Assembly (NCBI GenBank): GCA_050633305.1 | Contig: JBOEGF010000018.1 | Coordinates: forward strand, 736,001 to 800,000 | DNA: 64,000 bases | Direction of reading: 5' to 3' | DNA from: Nannocystales bacterium | GTDB taxonomy: Bacteria; Myxococcota_A; Polyangia; Nannocystales; Nannocystaceae | Part shown: in pieces, positions 1 through 10,689 of the stretch | Numbering within the stretch: position 1 is the first letter of the stretch | Layout of the letters: every line of letters begins with the position of its first letter | Notes under the pieces: generated by a model | The model's database searches: none | What the model was told of the DNA's origin: nothing | What the model saw: the letters and a program-made list of their open reading frames with translations, nothing else | Position numbers and translations under genes: made by a program

Positions 1-1782
1 GTAGTCAGATGACTCGATCGTCTCGCCGTACAGTTCGAAATCCTCCTGCACCACGTCCACAAAGTGCGCGAACGTGTTGCCGATGTTGGCGCCGTTGGCC
101 CAGTCGAGCTGCAGGTAGCCGCTGGCTTCTTGGCCCAACCGGGCGTCGTACTCAGGCGTGGTTTCCACCGAGAAGGTTGGGCCGAAGTTGACCTCCCGTA
201 TCGTGGCGTTTTTTGGACGAGGGGCGAACACGAGCCGAGCCTGCTGCCGCGTCGCGTTGGTGCGGCGGTAGAAGCCAAGCCGTGGATCGAAATCGTCATC
301 GCTCCACAGCCACGACACCCCGGGCCGCACGTACAGCCCGCGATATTCCAGGGAGCCGTACGCTGAGGAGCCGATCTCCGGGGGGGCGAGCGGGAGTTCG
401 GGCTCGTCCGGAGGCGGGGGGCGGTCCGGCGCCTGCTCTGCCCAGGTGCCCGCGACGAATCCGTAGCCCTGGAGTTTTCCGTCGGCCGCAATGAGCTGCG
501 CATCGACCCCCCCAGCGGCGTCGTCGTGGCCGGTTGTCCCGACGCGGTGGCGCCCCAACAGCATCATCCCGACGTTGAGTTCTCGTGTGGCTTGCACCCG
601 AATCCGACCCACGGTGAAGCTCTCTGGGCTGCTCGCTTGAACGCCTCGGGTCGGTTCATCGGTCGCGCCCAACGTCTGGACTTGCAGGAGCCCGTACTGG
701 ATCACGCCCGTGCGGCCGTAGACCTTGGCACCGCCCAGAATCGGGACCGGGCTCCCTCGCTGTAACCCGATTCTCCGAGAGAAGAACAGCTGTGCTTCGC
801 TGCGGCGCCCGAAGTTGAACACGTCGAGGCCGTTGATGAAGAACGGTCGGCGCTCGGGGAAAAACAGGGGAAATCGGTTCCGTGCGACCTGAACCGCGTC
901 CGCTTCGACCTGCGCGAAGTCGGTGAGCAGGCTGGCTTCGGCGTAGGAGGCCGCGCCGAGCTGGACGCGAAAGTCGGCCCCGGTGGCGACGTTGGGTCGA
1001 CGCGTGGGGTCGGCGCTAAACGAGCGGTCGAAGGACGTCTGCGCAAGCAGGTATGGGGTGGCCTCGAAGGCGCGCCCGCCCCGAATCCGCTCCAGCCCCT
1101 CGAGGGTGCCGAACTGACTTGCGGCCATCGCCGAGCGCGGTGGAACGAACAGCCGCCAATCGTAGGTCGCGTTGTCCGTGGGCACATCGCGGGAGAAGTT
1201 GAGCCCCATCGTCGCGACGTCGGCGCTCTTGATCCCAAGAACCGCGAACGGGATCCGGTACTCGACAGAATACCCGTCGTCCCGTCGAACGGTCTCTGCC
1301 GTCCACACGCTGTCCCACTCGGTGATGAAGCTCTGCCCATCCTCGAGGCCGAGGATGTCGATCTGCGCGCCGTCGGCGTTGACCCCGAAGCTGTAGGCGT
1401 TGCGTCGGGTGCGTGTCGGGTCGATCTTCACATAGACCGTGTCGTCCGAGAAAATGCCGCCGTTGTCTCGGCGGAGGGTTCGGACGATGACTTCGCCCGG
1501 ATTGGACTCCGCTTCAATGAAGAAGTAGAGGTACTGGTCGTCGTACGCGACCTTGAACTCCGTGCGCAGGGGCGCGTCTTGGCCGAGGTTGGGGGACCGC
1601 TCGCGAAAGCGATCCTCGGGAGGCGCGAGGGCCCAGGTCTTCTCGTCTGCGCGCCCGTCGATGACCATCTTGTCCACGGTTCGCACTGCGACATAACGCC
1701 GAGGCTGCGGGGTGATGGGCTCGGCCGAGCCGGTCGCTGCAGGCGCAAGGGCGAGCACGACACCGGTAAGAGTTGCGAGCAT
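1..1782 (-). CDS. Exported CBM9-like domain + DUF5916-type protein (runs off the window start, 3' partial)
   Basis: Not in the ORF track. Manual translation of the first ~320 codons from ATG at 1782: signal peptide MLATLTGVVLALAPAA, then VIDGRADEKTW..FKVAYDDQYLYF..AYSFGVNADG..WDSVW..YSVEYRIPF (CBM9/DOMON-like) and TDFAQVEAD..RFPLFFPERRPFF (DUF5916 signature). Confidence 0.8.
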   Translation of the reverse strand, partial: MLATLTGVVLALAPAATGSAEPITPQPRRYVAVRTVDKMVIDGRADEKTWALAPPEDRFRERSPNLGQDAPLRTEFKVAYDDQYLYFFIEAESNPGEVIVRTLRRDNGGIFSDDTVYVKIDPTRTRRNAYSFGVNADGAQIDILGLEDGQSFITEWDSVWTAETVRRDDGYSVEYRIPFAVLGIKSADVATMGLNFSRDVPTDNATYDWRLFVPPRSAMAASQFGTLEGLERIRGGRAFEATPYLLAQTSFDRSFSADPTRRPNVATGADFRVQLGAASYAEASLLTDFAQVEADAVQVARNRFPLFFPERRPFFINGLDVFNFGRRSEAQLFFSRRIGLQRGSPVPILGGAKVYGRTGVIQYGLLQVQTLGATDEPTRGVQASSPESFTVGRIRVQATRELNVGMMLLGRHRVGTTGHDDAAGGVDAQLIAADGKLQGYGFVAGTWAEQAPDRPPPPDEPELPLAPPEIGSSAYGSLEYRGLYVRPGVSWLWSDDDFDPRLGFYRRTNATRQQARLVFAPRPKNATIREVNFGPTFSVETTPEYDARLGQEASGYLQLDWANGANIGNTFAHFVDVVQEDFELYGETIESSDY

Positions 1783-1785
1783 CGG

Positions 1786-2505
1786 CTAGAAGAGGGACTG
1801 CTGCTCGGGCGCAGGTGCTGGAGGGTCGATCGGATCGAGACACTCCGGGTCGTCATTGCGTACGTCGCTGACCCTACGGGATACCGGGGTGCTGACCAGC
1901 CAATCGTCGGCGATCGGTTGCAGGAACTCGCTGAGCTCCCCCACAGCTTCGGGTGTTCGAGCCCGGGGCGACCACCGGAGCCAGGCGTCGGCTCCACGGG
2001 CATCGAGGATCACGGGCATGCGGTCGTGGTGTGGCGCGACGAGTGGGTTGGGGCGCGTGGTCAGGACGGTGAAGTTGCGAGAGACCTCGCCGGAGCTTGG
2101 GCTGACGTCATCGCGGTAGAGACCGGCGAAGACGAACGGTGCGTCGTCGGGCCGATGAAACCAGTAGGGTTGTCGGGCTCCCTTGGGCCCGCTCCATTCG
2201 AGGAAGCCATTGGTCACCACACCGCATCGGTGAGTCCACACTGCGTCGCGGAACGTCGGCCGGACGTGCATGGTTTCGCTCCGCGCATTGATCATCGGCC
2301 CGCGGGGACTTGGGAATCCCCACGTGCCCCGAGCAACGGCCGGCCTCGGCGCCTCCGGCTCGAGGCACACGATCCAGTGAGCATCGGAGGGCGCCACGTT
2401 GAACCGCGGCTGGTAGGCCTGGGCCAGCGACGGGTTGAAGTCAGCGTCGAGCGCCTGACCCACCGACACGTAGTCCGCTGTAGTCAGGGTAAACCGACCG
2501 CACAT
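1786..2505 (-). CDS. SOS response-associated peptidase (SRAP/YedK/HMCES family, abasic-site protection)
   Basis: N-terminus MCGRF (catalytic Cys2), RFNVAPS, INARSET, GFLEW, HHDRMPVIL. Start moved from 2559 to 2505 because Cys must be residue 2. Confidence 0.93.
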   Translation of the reverse strand: MCGRFTLTTADYVSVGQALDADFNPSLAQAYQPRFNVAPSDAHWIVCLEPEAPRPAVARGTWGFPSPRGPMINARSETMHVRPTFRDAVWTHRCGVVTNGFLEWSGPKGARQPYWFHRPDDAPFVFAGLYRDDVSPSSGEVSRNFTVLTTRPNPLVAPHHDRMPVILDARGADAWLRWSPRARTPEAVGELSEFLQPIADDWLVSTPVSRRVSDVRNDDPECLDPIDPPAPAPEQQSLF

Positions 2506-2724
2506 TAGGAGATCTCTCCTGGCCCACGCGAGAACCGCCAGGCAGCGGGTTCTCCGCATTCGTGTCGGTCGCAGTTTGAACGGCGGCCTGCGGGTTTCTG
2601 AAGCGTCGCGTCATTGCTCGCTGCCAAGCCCGTGGGGCTGCTGACGAAGAGATCTGCGAGAAACCCGCTCCCGAGCACGGCAAAGCTCTACCGCACCCAA
2701 CGTGGGTTTGCTATATCCATCCTT

Positions 2725-3033
2725 GTTGAGTGTGGCCTAGCCGACCGGGGCTTCCCCCCTTCCGCATCCAACCCCGGTCGGCTAGGCCCCCAACGTTTTA
2801 TCCCCATGAGTTCCGGGTCTGAATCCGGGCTTCTGGGGTTTCGCCTTTTGGTTCAACTCCGGGCCCCCACCCGAGGGCTGAACCAGGAAACGCAACTCTG
2901 AGAGGAGGCCCCCACCGAGCTGGCGAGGGGAGCGAGTTGCGCGCGGGCGAAACGTTGAGAACGGCATCATCCTGCGCCGTCACAGATCAGACACCGGGTC
3001 TTCGAGTTCTTCCGGGCTCCGCTCGGGTTTTTT
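2725..3033 (+). ncRNA. Candidate structured RNA or leader with C-rich loops
   Basis: Extended -10-like TGCTATATC at 2709-2717; perfect 17-bp inverted repeat 2734-2750/2772-2788; second stem-loop 2847-2887; hairpin plus T-tract at about 3012-3033. No convincing ORF. Confidence 0.4.
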
Positions 3034-3224
3034 CACCCCCGCCTGCGCTACCGAAACTGCCTCCCCGCGATGGTGCGCAACAGGCTGCCATTGCTTCCGA
3101 AGAGCCAACACCGCACCTGCGTTGGTGCTGGGGGCTGTCATCCCCGAGTGTCGCAATGCGAGTCGCTTTCGGAGGCGAGCAAGCGTGCGATCCTGCACGG
3201 GTGGTCGACGCCGGAGAACCTGAA

Positions 3225-3848
3225 ATGGTCCGAGCTGAGGAACCCCTACCCAGTTCGGTCGCGGTCGCCGGGCTCGTCCTCGCGGTGAGCAGTGCACTCC
3301 CGTGGACGCCAGAGGGGCATTCGTTCTTGGCTCTGCTCCGCTCCGAGTTCTCCCGTGGTGTGCTCGAAGGACTGCTGATGATGGTCGGGTTCGGCTCGCC
3401 ATTCTTGTTTGGCATCGCAGTCGCGGTCGCGCCCATGGCCTGCCCGCCCGCGGTTGCTCGTCGCATCCTTCGTGTCCCGGTCGCGTTCATGCACAGCCAA
3501 CTCGTCTTGGTCGCGCTGGTGTTGTGGCTCTCCGGGGTCTCCGTGGCCGCGGTGCCACTGCTCGGCTTTGCGTTGGTGTCCGGAGTCCGACTTGCGGTTC
3601 ACACAGCACGGGCTCACGCGGAAGGTGATGGGCCGCGGGTCGGCTGGTACGTGCGGTGGGGCGGCATGGTCGTCGCCGCAATCGCGGCGTGGATGGAGCT
3701 GCAGCGCTCCGGAGACCTCGTGTTCGGCTGGGGCCTGCACGTGGCGCTTCTGGCTGGGCTGGGCATGGCGGGTGCACTTGCTGGACGCGCTCTGGGTTCG
3801 GCGGCGCCGGGGCTCCCCGAGGAGTCTCGCCCCTCGACCCTCTTCTGA
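3225..3848 (+). CDS. Hypothetical multi-pass membrane protein
   Basis: About 6 hydrophobic segments in the C-terminal part of ORF 2937..3848. ATG 3225 is preceded by GGAGA; alternative start 3156. Confidence 0.65.
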   Translation: MVRAEEPLPSSVAVAGLVLAVSSALPWTPEGHSFLALLRSEFSRGVLEGLLMMVGFGSPFLFGIAVAVAPMACPPAVARRILRVPVAFMHSQLVLVALVLWLSGVSVAAVPLLGFALVSGVRLAVHTARAHAEGDGPRVGWYVRWGGMVVAAIAAWMELQRSGDLVFGWGLHVALLAGLGMAGALAGRALGSAAPGLPEESRPSTLF

Positions 3849-3884
3849 TCGATGCGCGTGTGTTCCACGACCCTCGAAGACGCG

Positions 3885-4751
3885 CTAGGGGAATGAGCCC
3901 TTGGCGCCCGCTTCAAGAGACGTGCAGCCCGTGGCGTGTTCGCAGCGTCGAACCACGCTGTTGCCGATGACTTCGTAGGTCGATCCATGCACGAGGATCG
4001 CGGTGTCTTCGTCGATGCCGTATCCGATGCGCTCGGGGTGGCGTGAGAGGATCGCGAGGAGCCGGGGTTCGCGTTCCTTGGCGAGGAAGTGTTGGTCGAC
4101 GATCACGCCTGGGAGAACGCCGAAACCGACATCTTCGACCGGGTCGGGGTTGCCGCGTCGAATGATGACATCGGAGAGAATCGCTGCGCCGGCGGAGTAG
4201 CCTCCGACGATCCCGCCGCGCAGAAGGACGGCGTGCAACGCTTCTTGGACCTTCGTGTCGACGTAGGCGTCCCGCAGTCTGCCCTGCGCCCCGCCGCCGA
4301 GCCACACGCAGTCTGCGTCTTGTAGCGGGGCGAGAAAGCCCCGTTCGTTCGCGCGCGCTGGGTCGAGCGTGTGCAAGACATCGACCTGCCCCACGCGGTC
4401 GCGCCAGCGCTTGGGGAGCTTCTGCAGCGTTGCCGGGTTGCTCGCGCCCTCCGCAGCGGTGGGGATCAGTACGAGCTTGCCGTCGGCACCGCACACTTCG
4501 CAGAAGCGCTTGATGATGTCCGCGCGCAGCGGGCCACCTCCGTGGGCGAGCACGGTTCCCACCAGAGGGACCGAGACACGACGGGAAGGAGGAGGCGGTG
4601 GTGGGGGGATATCGAAGCGTGGCAACGGCGCGGGCGTGCGGCGTTCCGGCTGCGGTGTGGTGTCGAACACTGGCGCATCGACGCGGGTGGGCTCTGGCTG
4701 CGGTGTGCCACAGCCTGCGAACCCTAACGCCGCGATGATCAGTCTGCGCAT
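3885..4751 (-). CDS. Cyanophycinase-like peptidase S51, lipoprotein
   Basis: LIPTA, VWLGGGAQ, GGYSAGA (Ser nucleophile), VDQHF, GYGIDEDT; lipobox-like FAGC and Pro-rich linker. Confidence 0.88.
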   Translation of the reverse strand: MRRLIIAALGFAGCGTPQPEPTRVDAPVFDTTPQPERRTPAPLPRFDIPPPPPPPSRRVSVPLVGTVLAHGGGPLRADIIKRFCEVCGADGKLVLIPTAAEGASNPATLQKLPKRWRDRVGQVDVLHTLDPARANERGFLAPLQDADCVWLGGGAQGRLRDAYVDTKVQEALHAVLLRGGIVGGYSAGAAILSDVIIRRGNPDPVEDVGFGVLPGVIVDQHFLAKEREPRLLAILSRHPERIGYGIDEDTAILVHGSTYEVIGNSVVRRCEHATGCTSLEAGAKGSFP

Positions 4752-4781
4752 CGTTCGAGCTCCCGCGAGTCGACCCAGATC

Positions 4782-5342
4782 CTATGCGTCCGGGCGGAGG
4801 TCGGCTTCGAGTGCGGCGCGCTGCTCGTCGGTCAAGGCGACTTCCACGGTGTGCTCAGGCAAGTCCGAGCCCATCGCGACCGGCGTCACCCCGCCGACCG
4901 GGAACCGCAGGTACTGGACCGAGCTCAGCCGGGTCTCTCCGACCTGACGGTCGTCGAACACGGGTCGGACGAGTGTGCCGTCGGGCAGCTTGGCGTACAG
5001 GTGCTTGGGGAGCTGCAGCCAGGCGCTGAGCTTCACGTCCCGCTCCGCTTCATCGTCGATGCCGATCAGCAGCGTGGAGCCCAGCTCCCCGGGTCCGCCG
5101 AGCAGCTCGTTGTAGGTCTCGAGCTCGTGCTCGATGTCCTTCTCTTTGACGATCCGCTCGACCCGCATCATCTCCTGCACCTGGTAGCGCACGGTGTCCC
5201 GGTTCTCGAACAGGAACACCAAGAAGTCTCCGACGCAAACGCGGCGAGGAGCCTTGGCTGCCAGTGCGAGGGGGCGAAGCTCGGCGCGCTTTTCGGTGTA
5301 GGTGACGTGGTCGAGCAGCTCGTTGCGTAGGACGGGTTTCAT
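4782..5342 (-). CDS. DUF3501 family protein
   Basis: MKPVLRNELL..FLFENRDTVRYQVQEMMRVE..ELETYNELL..RLSSVQYLRF. ATGA overlap with the upstream stop. Confidence 0.85.
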   Translation of the reverse strand: MKPVLRNELLDHVTYTEKRAELRPLALAAKAPRRVCVGDFLVFLFENRDTVRYQVQEMMRVERIVKEKDIEHELETYNELLGGPGELGSTLLIGIDDEAERDVKLSAWLQLPKHLYAKLPDGTLVRPVFDDRQVGETRLSSVQYLRFPVGGVTPVAMGSDLPEHTVEVALTDEQRAALEADLRPDA

Positions 5343-6715
5343 GGCTTGGAGTCCTTGTCGGACGGGGTCGCGGGCGGAAGCTCCGCTTTCTTGAACGACT
5401 CGCCACGGTACGCCTTGGCGAGCAGAGACATCGGGTGCATGGGGCGAACGCCAGCGTGTTGCTCGAACTGCAGCGCGGCCAGCGGGCAGTCGGTCGCCCA
5501 GATCTCGGTCTGCGCATCTTTCATGCCTTCGAAGGAGCGCTTGCCGATGCGCTGGGAAGGCTCGAACCCTTCGACCCGCATCGCGTACGTCCCGTCGTGA
5601 CCGCAGCATTCCATCACGGTGGCTGGTTTGACCCCGGGAAGCTTGCGCAGCAGGTCCCGGCCCTTGAATCCTTTGCCTTGGGTCCGCAGGTGGCACGGCG
5701 CGTGGTAGGCCACCTTGCCGTCGGGGCTGCTGGCGAAGTCGGTGTTGAACCGCTCCTCCTTGCGCAGCGACCACAGGAACTCGCTGGGGTCTTGGACGGC
5801 ATCGGCGATCTTCTGAGCGCGCGGCTTGTCGGCCTCCTCGACGAGCTCGGGGTACTCGCGCCTGAGCATCATCGAGCACGTGGGGTTGATTGCGAGGACC
5901 TTCGAGCCAGCATCGACATGGGGTTCGAGCAGGTCGAGGTTGGCCTTGGCCTTCTTGCGGAGCAGTTCCAGGTCGCCTCGCTCCCACGCTGGCATGCCGC
6001 AGCAGTTCAGTCCCTTCACGCAGCCGATATCGACGCCGTTGCGCTCGAGCACTTCGACCGTGTCTTTGCCGATGTCGGGCTCGTTGTGCTCGACGTAACA
6101 GGTCTGAAAGAGCACCGCTTCGCTGCCCGGTGTGTCCTTGACCTTGTTCTCGCGGGCTGCCCACGACGAGAAGGTCTGACCGGCGAAGTCGGGCAGGAGC
6201 TTGTCGCGGTGAATGCCGATGACCTTCTCCATGAACCACCGGTGCAGTCCGACTCGGTTCATCACGTTGGCCATGCCGAGGCTGGCGCGGGCGAGGCCGG
6301 CGGCGGCGTCCGGGTCACGCATCGCCCGGTCTTGGAGCGTGGGGCCGTTCTTCTTGTAGCGGATGGCTTGGTACCGATGGACGAGCTTCGGAAAGTCGAG
6401 TTGAAACTCGTGCTCGTCTCGCGGGGTGTATGGGCACTGGACCTCGCACAGCTTGCACTGGAAGCACGAGTCCATGACCCCGTCGGTCTCTTCGGGGGTC
6501 AGCTTGGTGACGTCGCCGTCGTGTTTGTCGTCGATGAGCTTGAACAGGTCTGGGAACGAGTCGCAGTACTTGAAGCACATGCGGCACCCGTGGCAGACCT
6601 CGAACGTGCGCTCGACTTCTTTGTCGAGGGCGCTCTGGTCCCAGTACTTGTCTTCGCTGGGGTCGTAGGACAGGCCGTCGGTCGGCTGGTACGAGATGTT
6701 CTTGGCGTCGCCCAC
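5339..6715 (-). CDS. Rubrerythrin-associated Fe-S oxidoreductase (GlpC/HdrD-like, 4Fe-4S + CCG domains)
   Basis: CHGCRMCFKYC, CFQCKLCEVQCP, NCCGMP, YHAPCH, ECCGHDGT, TDCPLA. Confidence 0.9.
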   Translation of the reverse strand: MGDAKNISYQPTDGLSYDPSEDKYWDQSALDKEVERTFEVCHGCRMCFKYCDSFPDLFKLIDDKHDGDVTKLTPEETDGVMDSCFQCKLCEVQCPYTPRDEHEFQLDFPKLVHRYQAIRYKKNGPTLQDRAMRDPDAAAGLARASLGMANVMNRVGLHRWFMEKVIGIHRDKLLPDFAGQTFSSWAARENKVKDTPGSEAVLFQTCYVEHNEPDIGKDTVEVLERNGVDIGCVKGLNCCGMPAWERGDLELLRKKAKANLDLLEPHVDAGSKVLAINPTCSMMLRREYPELVEEADKPRAQKIADAVQDPSEFLWSLRKEERFNTDFASSPDGKVAYHAPCHLRTQGKGFKGRDLLRKLPGVKPATVMECCGHDGTYAMRVEGFEPSQRIGKRSFEGMKDAQTEIWATDCPLAALQFEQHAGVRPMHPMSLLAKAYRGESFKKAELPPATPSDKDSKP

Positions 6716-6795
6716 GGTGCGGCCGGCAGCCTAGCAGGCGCCTGAAGTCGGTGCTCAGCCCCAGGGGAGCGTCGGCCGTGAGGGGCCATCAACCA

Positions 6796-6837
6796 ACGAA
6801 AATGGCGGTGGGACCGAAGTCCGCACCGCCATTTCGT
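6796..6837 (-). terminator. Stem-loop/intrinsic terminator downstream of rubrerythrin
   Basis: Minus strand ACGAAATGGCGGTGCGGAC-TTCG-GTCCCACCGCCATTTTCGT: long stem with a cUUCGg tetraloop and a T-rich 3' side. Confidence 0.7.
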
Positions 6838-6855
6838 GGAACACGATGTTCCGGT

Positions 6856-7275
6856 CTAGCCGATGTCGTTGAGAAGCTTCTGGAAGCGACCCGCGTGGGC
6901 TTTTTCGGCCTTGGCGAGGGTTTCGAACCAGTCGGCGATCTCGTCGAAGCCTTCTTCGCGAGCGGTCTTCGCCATGCCCGGGTACATGTCCGTGTACTCG
7001 TGCGTTTCGCCCGCGACGGCTGCGGCGAGGTTCTCCGCGGTGTCACCGATCGGAAGTCCGGTGGCGGGATCGCCGACCTTCTTGATGTAGTCGAGGTGGC
7101 CGTGTGCGTGGCCGGTCTCGCCTTCGGCGGTCTCGCGGAAGTTGCCTGCGATCTCGGGGTAGCCTTCGACGTCGGCGACTTTTGCGAAGTAGAGGTAGCG
7201 GCGGTTGGCCTGGGATTCCCCCGCGAACGCGGCCTTGAGGTTGTCGTGCGTCTTCGAATCTTTGAGGTCAGCCAT
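6856..7275 (-). CDS. rbr: Rubrerythrin (short type, no rubredoxin domain)
   Basis: [39 protein letters not shown] di-iron motifs; GGAG upstream of ATG 7275. Confidence 0.93.
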   Translation of the reverse strand: MADLKDSKTHDNLKAAFAGESQANRRYLYFAKVADVEGYPEIAGNFRETAEGETGHAHGHLDYIKKVGDPATGLPIGDTAENLAAAVAGETHEYTDMYPGMAKTAREEGFDEIADWFETLAKAEKAHAGRFQKLLNDIG

Positions 7276-7427
7276 GATGACTCCTTGCATGTGCGCCGGT
7301 CGCGGGACCGCTGAAGACGGCCTCCGCGCTCGGCGACGTGCATCGTTAGCATGCTGAGCCGCGGCGAACCATGGGCGAGCGTCAAAGCGGGCCCAAGAGC
7401 GCTGCAAAGGGGGGTAGGCTCGCCCCG

Positions 7428-8492
7428 GTGGACGCACAGGGCTCCGAACCCACACATTTGCCCAATCTTGGAGCCCTCGAGGCCAAGGGGGGCTTGTTCA
7501 CCGCATATGCGGTGCTGCGCTCGGTCCGGAAAGCGCAGACGCGGGCCGGAAAGCCGTTTGTCGAGGTGAAGCTGGTGGATCGCGAAGGGTCCGCCGCTGG
7601 GAAGATCTGGTCAGACAGCTCGCGCGCGATGCAGGCCATCGACGGTCTCGAGGTCGGGGATCACGTCAAGGCTCTGTTCGAGGTCGACACCTACAAGGGC
7701 GCCGTGCAGCTCAACGTCCGCCGGATCCGCAAGGCCGAGGAGGGCGACCCCGGCTACTCCGCGGACTCGCTGATGGAGGAGGGGTACGACCTGGTCTCCG
7801 ACATCCTGTGCAAGACGCTGGTGTTCGACATCGAGACCGCGCCCGCCGTCGACATCCGCAAGGAGCCGTCCACGATCGCGCAGTCCGTGGCCAAGGTCGC
7901 CGAGCGGAAGGACTGGGATCAGTCGAAGGTCATGAGCCTGTCGCCGTACTTCGGCAAGGTCATCTCGTTGGCCGTCGGCGATGGCGAACAGGATCCGCGG
8001 ACGATGGAGGTCACCGTGTTCGTCGTGCTGCCCGAAGGCGTCGACGTGGATGTCGCGGCACTGCCGGCTTGGATTCGTCCTGTGTCCGAGAAGGACCTGC
8101 TTCGCGCGTTCTGGGTTCTCGCTGGTCACGCCGAGGTCGTCGTGACCTACAACGGTCGCGGTTTCGACGTGCCGTTCTTGCAGGGACGCAGTCTGATTCA
8201 CGACATCGATGCCCGCGTCGACCTGTTGTCCAACCGCTTTTCCCTCCGGCCGCACCTCGACCTGTACTACGCGCTGGGCCAGAACGCGGGCCCGTCGTCG
8301 CTCGACGTCGTGTGCTGGGCGCTCGGGCTCACCTCGCCCAAGGAGGACATGGACGGATCCATGGTCGCCTCGACGTACGAAAAGGGCGACATCGCTTCGA
8401 TTGCGCTCTACAACGCCGGCGACGTGCGAGCGACGAGCGGCGTGTACCAGCGGGTGCGGGACAAAGTGTTGCGGTTCCGCGATGACTGGTAG
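7428..8492 (+). CDS. OB-fold + PolB-related DEDD 3'-5' exonuclease fusion
   Basis: N-terminal OB fold (GKPFVEVKLVDREGSAAGKIW..GDHVK..YKGAVQLNVRRIR); exonuclease motifs LVFDIET, VTYNGRGFDVPFL, HLDL, YNAGDV. Start uncertain (GTG 7428 or ATG 7371). Confidence 0.82.
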   Translation: MDAQGSEPTHLPNLGALEAKGGLFTAYAVLRSVRKAQTRAGKPFVEVKLVDREGSAAGKIWSDSSRAMQAIDGLEVGDHVKALFEVDTYKGAVQLNVRRIRKAEEGDPGYSADSLMEEGYDLVSDILCKTLVFDIETAPAVDIRKEPSTIAQSVAKVAERKDWDQSKVMSLSPYFGKVISLAVGDGEQDPRTMEVTVFVVLPEGVDVDVAALPAWIRPVSEKDLLRAFWVLAGHAEVVVTYNGRGFDVPFLQGRSLIHDIDARVDLLSNRFSLRPHLDLYYALGQNAGPSSLDVVCWALGLTSPKEDMDGSMVASTYEKGDIASIALYNAGDVRATSGVYQRVRDKVLRFRDDW

Positions 8493-8819
8493 GGGCAGGC
8501 GTGCCCTGGGGATGGCGGGTCTCGGTCGTCACCGCGACCCGACGCCGCTCGAGCAGATTCGCGTCTTTCGCGGCGCCTGCCTACGCCGCGATCAGTTCGG
8601 GGCCCGCATCCCGGCCGTCGCAGCCACCGGCGAACGCCGGCCGGGCCAGGATCGTCGCTAGAGCGTATCCATGCTGCGATCCCCGATTCTGAGTGTCCCG
8701 ATCTGACCGCAGAGCCCTGTCTCGGCGGACGCAGGTTTCCTCACTTGCCGCTGCTGTCGCGTTTTCGGGTCGGGGTCCCTCTTTTGCGGCTCTAACCCCA
8801 GTGGTATACCGCGCTCGCT

Positions 8820-10043
<1,224 letters not shown>

Positions 10044-10065
10044 AGTCCGACGCGTAGACGGCATC

Positions 10066-10677
10066 ATGCCGAAACGAGCCCAGCCCGCCGCGCACGAGGG
10101 AGACCTCGGGGGCGGCTGCTGGGTTCAGTTGATTCCGGGGTTCGTGCACGGGCACGAGTCGGTGATGCAGACGCTTCTGGGGACGCTCCCGCTGCGGCAG
10201 GAGCCGATCACGATGTTCGGCAAGACCCATCTGACGCCGCGCCTGACCAGCTGGCACGGGGACGCTGGATGCGGATATCGATACTCGGGCCGCGGGTTCG
10301 AGCCGCTGCCTTGGGTTCCCGAGCTGGCTGAGATTCGAGACCGGTTGCGCGAGACGACGGGGTACGCGTTCAACAGCGTGCTGGCGAACTTTTACCGCGA
10401 TGGTGCAGATGCGATGGGTGCCCACGCGGATGACGAACGCGAGCTGGGGCCGACCCGAGATGACATCGGAATCGCGTCCGTTTCCCTGGGTGCGCGGCGT
10501 CGCTTCTTGCTACGACGCAAGGCCGGCGGGGAGACGAGGGAGTACGCACTGGGTGCGGGGGACCTCATGGTGATGGGAGGCCGGACCCAGTCGGTGTTCA
10601 AGCACTGGGTCCCGCGGACCAAGAAGCCTATCGGCCCACGGATGAACCTGACCTACCGGGTGATCTTGCCTCGCTGA
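10066..10677 (+). CDS. AlkB-family 2OG-Fe(II) dioxygenase (ALKBH2/3-like)
   Basis: PRLTSWHG, YRYSG, FNSVLANFYRDG, HADDE (HxD), IASVSLG, KHWVP, RMNLTYR. Confidence 0.9.
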   Translation: MPKRAQPAAHEGDLGGGCWVQLIPGFVHGHESVMQTLLGTLPLRQEPITMFGKTHLTPRLTSWHGDAGCGYRYSGRGFEPLPWVPELAEIRDRLRETTGYAFNSVLANFYRDGADAMGAHADDERELGPTRDDIGIASVSLGARRRFLLRRKAGGETREYALGAGDLMVMGGRTQSVFKHWVPRTKKPIGPRMNLTYRVILPR

Positions 10678-10689
10678 TCGAGCTCGCCC

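Noticed and set aside
2510..2620. LexA box upstream of SRAP
   Set aside because: Only a partial GTTCA half-site-like match; not supportable.
2846..2873. tRNA/tmRNA-like 3' end (GGTTCAACTCC..CCCCCACC)
   Set aside because: The T-stem is mostly G-U, there is no matching acceptor 5' strand, D arm or anticodon arm, and no terminal CCA; RNase P and SRP core motifs are also not seen.
5343..6239. N-terminal extension of ORF 4782..6239
   Set aside because: Out-of-frame overlap with the Fe-S oxidoreductase; the real gene starts at the ATGA overlap at 5342.
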